From: Simkaniaceae bacterium
Lineage (GTDB): Bacteria; Chlamydiota; Chlamydiia; Chlamydiales; JAJFMI01
Length of the DNA stretch: 64,000 nt
Assembly (NCBI GenBank): GCA_040880145.1
Contig: JBBDIZ010000027.1
Span: 17,069-81,068, forward strand
Reading direction: 5' to 3'
Shown here: positions 22,045 to 32,163 of the stretch, piece after piece
Layout of the letters: every line of letters begins with the position of its first letter
Position numbering within the stretch: position 1 is the stretch's first letter
Notes under the pieces: model-generated
Database searches by the model: none
Told to the model about the DNA's origin: nothing
The model's input: the letters and a program-made list of their open reading frames with translations, nothing else
Position numbers and translations under genes: made by a program

Positions 22045-23565
22045 TTACCTCTCTCTACTTTTTTTCACAAGAAAAAAGAGCAATAATATCCCAAATGAGA
22101 AAAGAATTAATGGCAGATGCCCAAATATAGAGTACAGCGTAGTATAGGAAAAAAGAGGCAGCTTAACTAAAAGCGCCTTTAACTCCCACTCCTCATCAAT
22201 GCTTGCAATTTTTCTGCCTAAACTATCGACCCCGGCAGTCACCCCATTATTACAACTTCGTAAAAGAGGAAGCCCTAACTCAACAGAGCGAAGCCGTCCC
22301 AACTCATAATGCTGGGCAGGAAGCTTCGTGCAGGGAAAATACGCGTCATTAGTCAGGTTAACCAGAATCTCCGCTCCATTATTTTTAAATCGTCGTATAA
22401 GAGCTGAAAAACACTCCTCAAAACAAATCGAGGGTCCATACCGTTTTCGACCATGAAAAATGGTTGCTTCCCGACCGTGTGAAAAAAAGGAGTGGATTCC
22501 ATAGCGGGCAACAATCGAATCAAGAATACTTAAAGGAAGATACTCGGCTAAAGGAACAAGCTTTTGTTTTTCATAGCGCTCTACTTTGCTATCCTCGCTG
22601 ACATAAAATGCCGCATTGTAACTCCCCTTTTCATCAAAGTCATCCAGTCCAAGAATCAGGTCACAGCTATAGCGCTTGGCAAGCGACTTTGCAATATCTA
22701 GATTGGTTAATAAAGAATCCTTCGTTTCAAATACCGGCAAAAATGGAGTTATGAGAGCAGGCGGAAAAAGCGCCAATTTTGCTCCATAGGGAAAGGTGGA
22801 TTCCGGAAGAACCATGAGGTCAACTTTTTCATGATTTTCTTCAATGGCATGTAAAACGCGGAGCCACTGCCAATAAGGAGAAACAAAAGGCTCTCCTGCA
22901 GCCAGGGGCATTTTTTCTTCAGGCTTTAAACCTGTTTGAATTAAAAGCGCACTAAAGGTCTGGTTCGAGGCTTTCATCGCATTTGACCGCTTCAGGAAAA
23001 GCGCTCCTCCAACAAGATAGGGGAAAAGCAGCACTCCTATAAAAGAGAAAATCTCTTTTTTTCGCTTTGTCTTATAGGCAACAGCTGAAAAAGCACTGGT
23101 TAGTACTACTAAAAAACTTAAGCCCAAAATCCCCATTAACGATGCGATCTGACGCGTCACTGCATTGCTTGAAAAGGGAATCCCGAAAGGCGCAAATGCA
23201 AATCCGCAAAAAACAAAATAACGGCTCCATTCTAAAAGCGTCCAAAAGGCCGCAGCAGCTAGTGAATTCCAAAGAGTCAATCGATTCAAAACCAGGGATA
23301 AAAGAGCAAACTGAAGGGCGCAAAAAAGAGAGAGCCCCACATAGACTAATAAAATGTAGATCCCATGATAGGCGGTTTGACTGAGCCAGTTGAGCTGAAT
23401 CAGTGAAACGCTAAAAAACCAAAAAAAAGCCAAAAAAAACGCTTTTTTCCGCTCTTTTATCTCGGCCATAAAATAGAAGATCACACTAAATCCAACTGCT
23501 GCAGAAAGAGGGGCTAAACAATTGTATTGCCCCGGCAAACCGAATGCGACGATAAAAGCGGTCAA
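22045..23565 (-). CDS. lnt: Apolipoprotein N-acyltransferase
   Basis: Multiple TMs; LPEST, KQKLVPLAEY, ICFEE, NLTND; start uncertain. Confidence 0.93.
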   Translation of the reverse strand: MTAFIVAFGLPGQYNCLAPLSAAVGFSVIFYFMAEIKERKKAFFLAFFWFFSVSLIQLNWLSQTAYHGIYILLVYVGLSLFCALQFALLSLVLNRLTLWNSLAAAAFWTLLEWSRYFVFCGFAFAPFGIPFSSNAVTRQIASLMGILGLSFLVVLTSAFSAVAYKTKRKKEIFSFIGVLLFPYLVGGALFLKRSNAMKASNQTFSALLIQTGLKPEEKMPLAAGEPFVSPYWQWLRVLHAIEENHEKVDLMVLPESTFPYGAKLALFPPALITPFLPVFETKDSLLTNLDIAKSLAKRYSCDLILGLDDFDEKGSYNAAFYVSEDSKVERYEKQKLVPLAEYLPLSILDSIVARYGIHSFFSHGREATIFHGRKRYGPSICFEECFSALIRRFKNNGAEILVNLTNDAYFPCTKLPAQHYELGRLRSVELGLPLLRSCNNGVTAGVDSLGRKIASIDEEWELKALLVKLPLFSYTTLYSIFGHLPLILFSFGILLLFFLVKKSRER

Positions 23566-23584
23566 TACTAAGAGAACAAGTTGT

Positions 23585-24070
23585 CTAGACGTAAGGGGGA
23601 GTTGAAGAGTTTTGATCCGGCTTATCCTCTTTTTTCTGACCGGGTTTTCCTGCCGCCATTAGGATCAAAAGCCCCCCGGCAATAGAGACATTACGTAGGA
23701 ACATATTGAGCTCCAACTCCCTTCTTTGTCCAGCCAAAAACCAAAAATGATGATAAAAAAGTGTTGCCGGGATCAGAAATAAAAGCATCAGAAATGCCCC
23801 AAATCTTATCCTGAGCCCAAATATAACAAGAAAAGCTCCGAAAAGCTCCGAAAAAATCCCGATACCAAGTAAAAGCGGCACATGATCGAGCAGCATCTCA
23901 AAAAATGATTCCAAATGGTGAAGCCCTCCAACATAGAGAACCCAGTCTCGAAGGACCGAGACAAGACTTTCTTTGATAAATTCCCATTCAAAAATATTAT
24001 GGAGTCCTGAGATAAAAAAAATGAGAGCGAGTAGAATCCTCCCTATAAAAGCGGTCAATTTCTGCACCAT
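23585..24070 (-). CDS. DoxX family membrane protein
   Basis: GRILLALIFFISG, HHFW, FLRNVSIAGGLL. Confidence 0.85.
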   Translation of the reverse strand: MVQKLTAFIGRILLALIFFISGLHNIFEWEFIKESLVSVLRDWVLYVGGLHHLESFFEMLLDHVPLLLGIGIFSELFGAFLVIFGLRIRFGAFLMLLFLIPATLFYHHFWFLAGQRRELELNMFLRNVSIAGGLLILMAAGKPGQKKEDKPDQNSSTPPYV

Positions 24071-24160
24071 ATCCTCAAATTGCCATAAAGTTATTATTTT
24101 TCCAACTCAATAAGCTAATTTGTGTTAGAATGGATTCGTTAAATTAATAGTTATTTTTTT

Positions 24161-25276
24161 ATGCAATTTCGTGATTATCACATAATAAATATTTTAAATC
24201 TTTACAGCGATTCTAAGCGTCCTATCGATAGTCATTTGCGTTACTACTTTAAAGAACATCGCGCTTTAGGCTCTAAGGATCGACGCCATATTTGCGATCT
24301 CATTTACCGCCTCATCCGCCATCAAGCTCTCCTCGATTACCGGCTTACAGCGCCCATTACCTGGGAAAAAAGGCTAAATGCCCTCAAAAACCCTCTTCCT
24401 TTTCCAACCGATGCCCCCCCTCATATTCAAGTTAGTTTTCCAAAGAGCCTCTTTACCAGGCTTACTGCAGATTATGGCTTAGAAAAAGCACTCGAACTTG
24501 CAAAAACTTCCAACGAGCCGGCTCCTACAATGATTCGAGCCAATCGTCAAAAAATTACACGCGATGAACTCTTTAATCGTTTGGCCGACCACCATCCCAT
24601 TCAAAAAGATCCTAATTCAGAAAATGCGCTTATCTTTGATAAACGACTGAATTTTTTCGCCTTAGAAGAATTTAAAATGGGCTATTTTGAGGTGCAAGAT
24701 AGCGGGTCTCAAAAACTTGCTTCACTTGTAAATGCGAAACCTAAAGAACATATTCTCGATTTTTGCTCAGGTTCTGGAGGCAAAAGCCTCGCCTTTGCTC
24801 CAGACATGGAAGGTCTTGGACAGATTTATCTTTCTGACATTCGTCCCTTTATATTAGATGAGGCAAAAAAACGCTTTAAACGTGCCGGGATTCAAAATGT
24901 ACAGTTTTTAACAAAAGAAAAATTGAACAATGCAGCTCTTAAACACAAAATGGATGCCATTTTGTTAGATGTCCCTTGTTCCGGATCGGGCACTCTGCGC
25001 CGGAATCCCGATCTCAAATGGCGCTACTGTGAAGAGACTTTAAATCGTCTGATCGAGGAGCAGCGCCGTATTGTTAAAGAAGCTCTCCCCTTTTTAAAGG
25101 AGGATGGCCGGATTATCTATGGAACCTGCTCCCTTTTTCAAGCTGAAAATCAGGAGCAGATTCGCTTTTTTGAAACTCATTACAATTTAACCCTAGCAGA
25201 GGCCCCCTTTGTCTCACATCCCAAAAGTGGTGGAGGCGATGGTTTTTTTGGGGCTGTATTAAAAAGAATAAAATGA
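24161..25276 (+). CDS. rsmB: RsmB/NOP2-family rRNA m5C methyltransferase
   Basis: EVQDSGSQ, DFCSGSGGKS, DVPCSGSG, YGTCS. Confidence 0.88.
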   Translation: MQFRDYHIINILNLYSDSKRPIDSHLRYYFKEHRALGSKDRRHICDLIYRLIRHQALLDYRLTAPITWEKRLNALKNPLPFPTDAPPHIQVSFPKSLFTRLTADYGLEKALELAKTSNEPAPTMIRANRQKITRDELFNRLADHHPIQKDPNSENALIFDKRLNFFALEEFKMGYFEVQDSGSQKLASLVNAKPKEHILDFCSGSGGKSLAFAPDMEGLGQIYLSDIRPFILDEAKKRFKRAGIQNVQFLTKEKLNNAALKHKMDAILLDVPCSGSGTLRRNPDLKWRYCEETLNRLIEEQRRIVKEALPFLKEDGRIIYGTCSLFQAENQEQIRFFETHYNLTLAEAPFVSHPKSGGGDGFFGAVLKRIK

Positions 25277-25290
25277 TACAATAGTGACCT

Positions 25291-26349
25291 ATGAAAAAAA
25301 TGATACCTTGCTTACTTCTTTCAATCTCTCTTACCGCCTTTGAAGAAACGTCCTCATTTGAGATGGATCCCCTTCTTAAACCGCGTCAAGAGAGCTCCAT
25401 TTCTCTAAACAATCGCCCTTTGGCGAAAGTCCTGGGGAAGACGATTTCACTTGTCGATGTTGTGAAAAAAATGGATCTTTTTCTTCACCAGCATTATCCA
25501 CAAGCTTTTGAGTCAAAAGCCACACTTCATCAGTTTTACACGACAAATTGGTGGCATACTCTAGAAGAAATGGTCAACAATATTTTGATTATAGAAGAAG
25601 CGGCTGAAAAAGAGATGAAAGTCAGCGATGGAGACGTCCGCGAAGAGATGGAGGAGCGCTTTGGCCCCAATATCATGGCGAAGCTCAACAATCTTGGCCT
25701 TGGGTATGAAGAGGCCAAGCAGATGATTCACGATGAAATCGCAGTTCGACAAATGTCTTATTTTAAAATCCACTCAAAAGCACTTCAGGTCGTTACCCCT
25801 CAAAAGCTTAAAGAGCGCTTTGCCGCTCACCTTGAAAAAAATCCTCCTCAAGAAGACTGGACCTATCAAATGCTTTCTATTCGAGGCGCAACTAATGAGG
25901 AAGCTCATGCTATCTCAAAACGCGCCAAGGAATTAATTGCTTCAGGACTTCAAAATTTGCAAGATACTCGAGAAGTCTTAGCAACTGAGTTCCAAGGGCC
26001 AAAAATCACGCTCTCGAATGACATCTCAGTAAAGGACCGAGAGCTTTCAACTGAAAATCGATCGATTCTCTCTAGCCTTGCAAGTGGTGAAATTAGCCCT
26101 ATCATTGAACAAAAAAGCCGCCGCGGCAATGAAAAAGTAACTCGTCTTTTTCATCTCAAGGATCATTCAAGAGAAGAAGCGCTCTCTTTTAATGAGCTTC
26201 ACCCTCAACTGAAAAACGATCTCCTTCATGAGACGGTTGATCAATATCATGTTGAATATATTGGGAAACTCAGAAAGAAATATCATTTTGATGCTGAGGA
26301 AATGAAAGCCTCAATCCCTGAGAATTACAAGCCCTTTATCGCTCACTAA
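25291..26349 (+). CDS. SurA/PrsA-like periplasmic chaperone
   Basis: Signal peptide, SurA N-domain pattern, degenerate parvulin region (GEISPII); upstream of rsmA. Confidence 0.65.
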   Translation: MKKMIPCLLLSISLTAFEETSSFEMDPLLKPRQESSISLNNRPLAKVLGKTISLVDVVKKMDLFLHQHYPQAFESKATLHQFYTTNWWHTLEEMVNNILIIEEAAEKEMKVSDGDVREEMEERFGPNIMAKLNNLGLGYEEAKQMIHDEIAVRQMSYFKIHSKALQVVTPQKLKERFAAHLEKNPPQEDWTYQMLSIRGATNEEAHAISKRAKELIASGLQNLQDTREVLATEFQGPKITLSNDISVKDRELSTENRSILSSLASGEISPIIEQKSRRGNEKVTRLFHLKDHSREEALSFNELHPQLKNDLLHETVDQYHVEYIGKLRKKYHFDAEEMKASIPENYKPFIAH

Positions 26350-27158
26350 TGGAGCGAATCTCTAACATTACCGTTTTAAAAGCCTTTCTTGAAAAAGAAG
26401 GGCTTGCTGCCAATAAGCGTTTATCTCAAAATTTTCTAATCGACTCCAATATTCTTGATAAAATCATCCTAACGGCTCAAGTTTCAAAAGGGGATCAAAT
26501 TTTAGAAATAGGACCTGGGCCCGGCGCTCTTACAGAAGCGCTTCTAATGAAGGAGGCTGAGGTTTTTGCTATAGAAAAGGATCAAGGTTTTGCTAAACAT
26601 CTACCTAGACTCTCAACCAACCACCTCTCTGTCTATCACGCTGATTTTTTAAAATTCGACCTCACGCCTATCTTTAAAAAAGCTCCTTTAAAAGTCGTTG
26701 CCAACCTTCCCTACCATCTCACGACTCCCATTTTAGAAAAACTACTCCCCCTCTATCCTAGTGTGACTAGCCTCACCATCATGGTGCAAAAAGAGGTTGC
26801 CGAGCGATTGACCAGCTCACCTCGAAGCGAGAACTACGGAGCATTTACACTATTTCGAGAATTTTACTCGAATGTCATATCCAGTTTCCGCGTCAAAAAA
26901 ACCTCTTTTTACCCCAGTCCCCACATAGATTCCACAGTACTTCACCTCGAGTTAAAACCTTTACCGAACCATATAAATGGAAAAGATTTTTTCGATTTTG
27001 TCTATAAAGCTTTTCAAAAGAGGCGAAAAATGCTCCGATCGAGCTTAAAAGAGTATGGAGTGACTCTTGAAAAAAGACCTGAAGAGCTCTCTCTTCAAGA
27101 GTTTATAGACTTGTTTCGGTATAAATTTAATTGCAGCTCATTGGATCGACAAACGTAA
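26349..27158 (+). CDS. rsmA: 16S rRNA dimethyladenosine transferase
   Basis: SQNFLID, LEIGPGPGALT, VVANLPY. Confidence 0.97.
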   Translation: MERISNITVLKAFLEKEGLAANKRLSQNFLIDSNILDKIILTAQVSKGDQILEIGPGPGALTEALLMKEAEVFAIEKDQGFAKHLPRLSTNHLSVYHADFLKFDLTPIFKKAPLKVVANLPYHLTTPILEKLLPLYPSVTSLTIMVQKEVAERLTSSPRSENYGAFTLFREFYSNVISSFRVKKTSFYPSPHIDSTVLHLELKPLPNHINGKDFFDFVYKAFQKRRKMLRSSLKEYGVTLEKRPEELSLQEFIDLFRYKFNCSSLDRQT

Positions 27159-29229
27159 AGTCCGCTACCGATGGGCTATAGATGATGGTTGCTCCAAAGT
27201 TACGCTCACTGACCCCAATTGCATTGCCGGATGGAGAGACCACTTGATAATTTGCCGTAATCCCACTGTTATTATTTAACATCATCGAAGAGCTTGTTTT
27301 ATTTTCTTTCAAATCAAGACAAAGCGTACTTGATGATGATGTAAGAGTAAAGGTGTCGGTCGCAATTCCTTTTAGGGTGTTGGAATCAAACAGAGCTCGC
27401 ACCGTAGCCGTATCTCCAATAATAGGACCCACGTTCATTAAAATATGACGCGTTGTATCATTTGTGAAGCGATTATCCCGCATATCAAAATCGATTTCTC
27501 CGCGTCTTGCTACATAAATTAAGGCATTGGCCCCTCCACCTGTCGCAACCACCGAGTTATTTTCAAAGAAAATTTTGGAATTATCTTCATTATTTTCAAT
27601 AAACATCGCCGGCGCTGAGATTTGTCGAATACTATTATTCACAATTCTGTGGTCGGTCCCTTCAGTTACGATCATCATTGCCGAGAATCGATGACTAATC
27701 AATTGATTATCGGCTATCAATATATTGCTATTCTCAATATTTCTTAAGCTAATATCCGCAACTCCAGCTGCATTTCGAGTGAGGTTTGTATTGAAATAAT
27801 TATTAATAATTCGCTTGACTCCAGAGGGAGATCCATTCGCGTTGATCGCATGACCTAAAACCACCCCATTGTTAAGAAAGCGACTCTTTTGAATTGTAAA
27901 GTTTGCTGATCCTCTTGCATCAACCCCGATTCGCTCAGAAACGATTGGGCTATCCCAATTTAGAAAGTTAATTCCTGTGACAATATTGTTATTTGCAAGT
28001 GTTAACGCCGCTCCATTTTCCGAACTGATTGAGGGGAGCAATCCAGGCGTTACAGCCGGAAGAACAAGCTGATAGTTAATGAAAAGATCATGTCCGGATC
28101 CATGGAGTCTTTGTCCATTTTTTAAGGAAAACCCTGAATTTGCCCCAACAAGATATCCATTGTTATTGAGCATGTAAATCACATCATTGACTCCACTATT
28201 TGCCTCTGCCAGCGCTAAGCTGTTGTAGGGAGTGGAAAAAGAACCATTGCCTGAGAAAAGAGAGGTGTTATTGACGAAAATCAGTTGCCAAGGATCCCCG
28301 GTATTGGGGTTAACCGGAAAGTAGTGACACTTATCTTGAGCAATCGGAATGATGTCATGGCGCTCGACATTTTGTACAAGGCGTCTCATTTTTTTTGCCT
28401 TTTGAACGCATCCCTTTTGATATCTTTTTTTAAAACGTCTTCCCTCTGTCCTTAAATTTGAAGGCCCGAGTGGAAAGCTAAACGAGAGATAGCCCTGTAT
28501 CGTTCCGTGAAACTCTTTATCATAGGTGCTGATGAGTCCCAATTTAATTCCATCGAATACTTGGGCTGTTAATCGTCCTTGAACGCCAAAAGCGTCTCCA
28601 AAGGTTTTGCATTGAACTTGGCGCTTGAGTAAATAATAAGGCCCTATAGCAAAATAAAGATTTACTTTTTCAAAAGGTCCTGGAATAGGTGTCCCAATTT
28701 CTGCTTGAATATCAGGAAGTGCTGCTGATACTTTTTGGGTAATAATAGCTGTACGGCCCTCCATAGGCCCCGGCATAGCAGGTCCAATTCTTGAAGTTTG
28801 CCCAATAGGAATATACCCATTTAATCTGAAATCAACATAGGGAGAAAGCCCCTCAAATCCAATGCCAAGCTGATGAGCATTTTGCCTAAGAGCCGACCGA
28901 TAGTCGTAATAAAAGTTTGCACCAAAAACAAACTCTTTTTCTAGAAAAGGATTCAGGCGCATTCCGATTCCCATATTGGAAGCAAAACGACCATCATTCA
29001 TGAGATGGAAACGGGTATCTAAAAAGGGCTGAAAGCTGCGTTCCCAATTGGGTGTAAAGAAAAATGCTGCAGTTGAATAACCCTCGTCATACCCGATGCC
29101 CCTTTCTTCTCGATGCTGGATTTCAATACGAGTTGGGGTTCCTTTCAAACAACGCTCTCCGCTATTAGAAAAAAGAGAAAACGTCAAACCTATCGAAAAA
29201 AGCGCAAGCAGCCTCATGAGCAATCCCAA
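27127..29229 (-). CDS. Inverse autotransporter-like outer membrane protein (N-terminal barrel, beta-helix passenger)
   Basis: Barrel motifs FGANFYYDYR, HQLGIGFE, DFRLNGYIP, LVQNVERHDII; then GNGSFSTPYNSL and Asn-rich IxNN/FxNN repeats. Confidence 0.75.
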   Translation of the reverse strand: MGLLMRLLALFSIGLTFSLFSNSGERCLKGTPTRIEIQHREERGIGYDEGYSTAAFFFTPNWERSFQPFLDTRFHLMNDGRFASNMGIGMRLNPFLEKEFVFGANFYYDYRSALRQNAHQLGIGFEGLSPYVDFRLNGYIPIGQTSRIGPAMPGPMEGRTAIITQKVSAALPDIQAEIGTPIPGPFEKVNLYFAIGPYYLLKRQVQCKTFGDAFGVQGRLTAQVFDGIKLGLISTYDKEFHGTIQGYLSFSFPLGPSNLRTEGRRFKKRYQKGCVQKAKKMRRLVQNVERHDIIPIAQDKCHYFPVNPNTGDPWQLIFVNNTSLFSGNGSFSTPYNSLALAEANSGVNDVIYMLNNNGYLVGANSGFSLKNGQRLHGSGHDLFINYQLVLPAVTPGLLPSISSENGAALTLANNNIVTGINFLNWDSPIVSERIGVDARGSANFTIQKSRFLNNGVVLGHAINANGSPSGVKRIINNYFNTNLTRNAAGVADISLRNIENSNILIADNQLISHRFSAMMIVTEGTDHRIVNNSIRQISAPAMFIENNEDNSKIFFENNSVVATGGGANALIYVARRGEIDFDMRDNRFTNDTTRHILMNVGPIIGDTATVRALFDSNTLKGIATDTFTLTSSSSTLCLDLKENKTSSSMMLNNNSGITANYQVVSPSGNAIGVSERNFGATIIYSPSVADFTFVDPMSCN

Positions 29230-29238
29230 GATAAAGTC

Positions 29239-30453
29239 TTATCTTAAGGGGTTCACTCTTTTTAGGAAAATAGGAATTATCAAAAACGGTATGAAAAAGA
29301 GGTACATTCGAGACGATTTTGGTTTTTCAATATCTTCAGCAGCTATAAGTTTTGCAAAGCAAATCTTGCGGCCCCCCTTCACACTCACTTCAAGCCTTCC
29401 AAGACAATCCCCTTTTCGAATCGGAAGTTTTTTATCATTCCAGACAATATCCCGGACCAGCTCCTCTTCTTCAGCAGGATAATATTCATAAAAAAGATCT
29501 TCGCTTAGCTCAACCTTAATAGAACGAGTTTCAATGGTTGTTTCAAAATTATTTTCCTGACGATTGTATAGACAGCGTTTTTTCATTGGTTCAGAAAAGG
29601 CTGCGTCAAAAAGTGCAAGCGCATCTCGATAACGGTCAAAATTTTCTTTACAACCTAACATAACGGCTATGAGCGTTCTTCCTTCTTTTTTTGCTGCAGC
29701 GACAAAGCAGTAGCCTGCATTAGACGTGTATCCTGTTTTTACCCCTAGGGCCTCTTCAAAAAAAAAGCGCCCTTTTTTGAGAAGTCGATTCGGCTGTTTG
29801 ATGCAACGATTTGAAAAGGGACATGTGTAATCAAGAGTTTGAACTATTTCACAAAATAACGGCTCTTTTAATGCCTCGCTTGTCATCAAACCTAAATCAT
29901 AGGCTGACGTTTTATGCGTTGGAAAATGGAGACCATGAGGATTTGTAAAATGAGTGTTTTCACACCCAAGTAAACTGACATATAAATTCATCTCTTTTAC
30001 AAAAGTGGCTATCTTTTTAGACAAGGTCATCGCAATCACATTCGCAGCATCATTCCCCGAGGCTAACATTAGGCCATAAAGCAAAGATCTAAGCGACGTC
30101 ACTTCTCTTCCCTTCAGCCCGTAACTTGTCCCATCCGGCTCTAGCCAATAAGGAGGAATTTGATACCCCCTTGACTCTTTGATTTCTTGAGGCAGCATGG
30201 TTAGACAAGATCTTGGAACTTTGACCTCTTGATCAAACTGATCTTTTCCCTTCTTGATGGCCCATAAAGCTGTTGCAATCTTTGTTGTCGAGGCAGGAAA
30301 AACCGCCTCATGAGCCTTTTTTTCATAGAGAACGCTCTTTGTATCTCCATTAATGAGTACTGAGTAAGGTGCGTTGACACGAACCGAAAGGCCTTTCCCC
30401 CAAAGCGAATAAGCAAAAAGGAGAAATATATAAACAATTTTTCCACAATCCAT
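29239..30453 (-). CDS. dacA: D-alanyl-D-alanine carboxypeptidase
   Basis: PASTTK (SxxK), SGNDAA (SxN), KTGYT; C-terminal anchor. Confidence 0.93.
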   Translation of the reverse strand: MDCGKIVYIFLLFAYSLWGKGLSVRVNAPYSVLINGDTKSVLYEKKAHEAVFPASTTKIATALWAIKKGKDQFDQEVKVPRSCLTMLPQEIKESRGYQIPPYWLEPDGTSYGLKGREVTSLRSLLYGLMLASGNDAANVIAMTLSKKIATFVKEMNLYVSLLGCENTHFTNPHGLHFPTHKTSAYDLGLMTSEALKEPLFCEIVQTLDYTCPFSNRCIKQPNRLLKKGRFFFEEALGVKTGYTSNAGYCFVAAAKKEGRTLIAVMLGCKENFDRYRDALALFDAAFSEPMKKRCLYNRQENNFETTIETRSIKVELSEDLFYEYYPAEEEELVRDIVWNDKKLPIRKGDCLGRLEVSVKGGRKICFAKLIAAEDIEKPKSSRMYLFFIPFLIIPIFLKRVNPLR

Positions 30454-30590
30454 TTTTTATCTTCAAAAAATACAAAAGTGATACCGTTTATAATCGGAAA
30501 AGAAATCAAGTTCAATGAAATTCTTAATCAATAGCATTCAATATGTTGTGGAAAATTTGAAGAAAGTTATCAAAAATAGCTTTAAAAAAA

Positions 30591-31073
30591 ATGATACGGT
30601 CCCTATTAGGAAAGGTAACCAGGGTTAACGGGAGCTATATGAATAATCCAGTAAAATTAGATAAAGCCTATCAAGAATTTATGAAAGATTTTCCACAATC
30701 TGTCCCTGATGGAATCATTACTGTCGATTTAAAGTTGCTCAACAATCTTGGCCTGCTAGACTGCGAAGAACTTTCAGAAGAAAGTCAAAAAGAAGAATTT
30801 CCTCACCATTTTCATGTCATTGAAACAGATGAAAAAGTCACGCTTTTTAATGAAATTTTTGCGATTTGGATTGTCCCAAAATTGATCGAAGACACACCGA
30901 CTACTTTTGTATTAATTTCTTATATCACTCAGGATAAACCAAAGCTTGAGATCGTATTTTCAACAGCAGGCATTTACAACACGCCAAAGTTTGTTCTCAA
31001 AGTTTTGCGCTATTTTCTCTATGAAGTCATCGATACTGAAGAGGCCATTAGTTCTATTGGAGCAGATGGATAG
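30591..31073 (+). CDS. Conserved chlamydial hypothetical protein (CT550 position)
   Basis: Syntenic between dac and rsbW; start may be ATG 30639. Confidence 0.7.
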   Translation: MIRSLLGKVTRVNGSYMNNPVKLDKAYQEFMKDFPQSVPDGIITVDLKLLNNLGLLDCEELSEESQKEEFPHHFHVIETDEKVTLFNEIFAIWIVPKLIEDTPTTFVLISYITQDKPKLEIVFSTAGIYNTPKFVLKVLRYFLYEVIDTEEAISSIGADG

Positions 31074-31081
31074 TCCATATT

Positions 31082-31519
31082 CTACTTGGAACTTTTTCTT
31101 AAGTTTAAAATATTACTTTCTCTTTCTCTTTGATATTCAATTTTATCTAAAATTTTATCCATAAAAAAAAGGCCTAAACCTCCGATAGGTCTTTTTTCAA
31201 TTTCTGCTTCTGTGTCGTACTCTTTTAAGTGATCAAGCGGGTTCACCGCAATTCCCTGATCTTTAATCGTAAAAAAAATCTCTTTGCAACCACTTCGGGC
31301 AATGGATATCTCAACATCCCCCGCTCCTTCCGGATAGGCATAGCGAATGATATTTACCAAAGCTTCTTCTATAGCAATTTCACACTTTTTTGCATCTGAT
31401 GAGGTAAACTTGATTTTATTTATTTCTGATCGTACAAACTCCATCATTTGAGGAAGTTCATCTAATATGGCTCGAAATTTTAACGTGATCAACACTCCCC
31501 CTATTACTTCAGAATGCAA
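31082..31519 (-). CDS. rsbW: Anti-sigma factor serine kinase
   Basis: EEALVNIIRYAY, IKDQG, GGLGLFFM. Confidence 0.92.
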   Translation of the reverse strand: MHSEVIGGVLITLKFRAILDELPQMMEFVRSEINKIKFTSSDAKKCEIAIEEALVNIIRYAYPEGAGDVEISIARSGCKEIFFTIKDQGIAVNPLDHLKEYDTEAEIEKRPIGGLGLFFMDKILDKIEYQRERESNILNLRKSSK

Positions 31520-31548
31520 AAAGCAGTTATAAAGGAAGTTCTATTTTT

Positions 31549-32148
31549 TCAATAGAAATTATTAAGACCCTCTGCGATTTGAGTCGCAAGGTCATCGAAA
31601 AGAGGGGTTACAGCCGCCTCTCTTGCATTTTCAGGAGCATCGAGTTGACCGAGCGAAAACTGAAGGACGGAAATCCGTCTTCCGTTTGAAAAAAAAGAAA
31701 GGTCGTCTATTGTATCGGAATTGACATAATCATAATTAACATATGAGGTCATCACTTCGGGCCCCAATAGAATTTTTTGCGTCGTCCTCTCAATAAGGCG
31801 TACCTCAATCGAAAGCGATTTTCGTTCCTCATCAGAAACTAAGCGTTTAGGTTCAATAAAATTACGGCTTTTTTCTTCTCGGTCATACCGAAATCCTATA
31901 TCTTCATGTTCTATAGAGAGTATTTTAGCCTCAAGCTCATAGTCTCCCCTGGAAACCACAACAGAAAAAGGCGTCAAAAGTGCAATTTTATTGGCAAGAG
32001 CTGCGGTTAAAAGCCCCTCCTCATCGCCTTGAACGTAGGGAATGGTAATCGTTTTACCCTGAGCTTCTCCAATCTCTACAAAACGATATCCACAACTTGA
32101 CAGAAGAAAAAGAAGAAGGAAAAAGACTCCTTTCCGAAAGAGACTCAA
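31549..32148 (-). CDS. lptE: LPS assembly lipoprotein LptE-like (CT548 position)
   Basis: Lipobox LLSSC-GYRF; next to bamD. Confidence 0.7.
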   Translation of the reverse strand: MSLFRKGVFFLLLFLLSSCGYRFVEIGEAQGKTITIPYVQGDEEGLLTAALANKIALLTPFSVVVSRGDYELEAKILSIEHEDIGFRYDREEKSRNFIEPKRLVSDEERKSLSIEVRLIERTTQKILLGPEVMTSYVNYDYVNSDTIDDLSFFSNGRRISVLQFSLGQLDAPENAREAAVTPLFDDLATQIAEGLNNFY

Positions 32149-32163
32149 AAAAAACCTTAGGGG

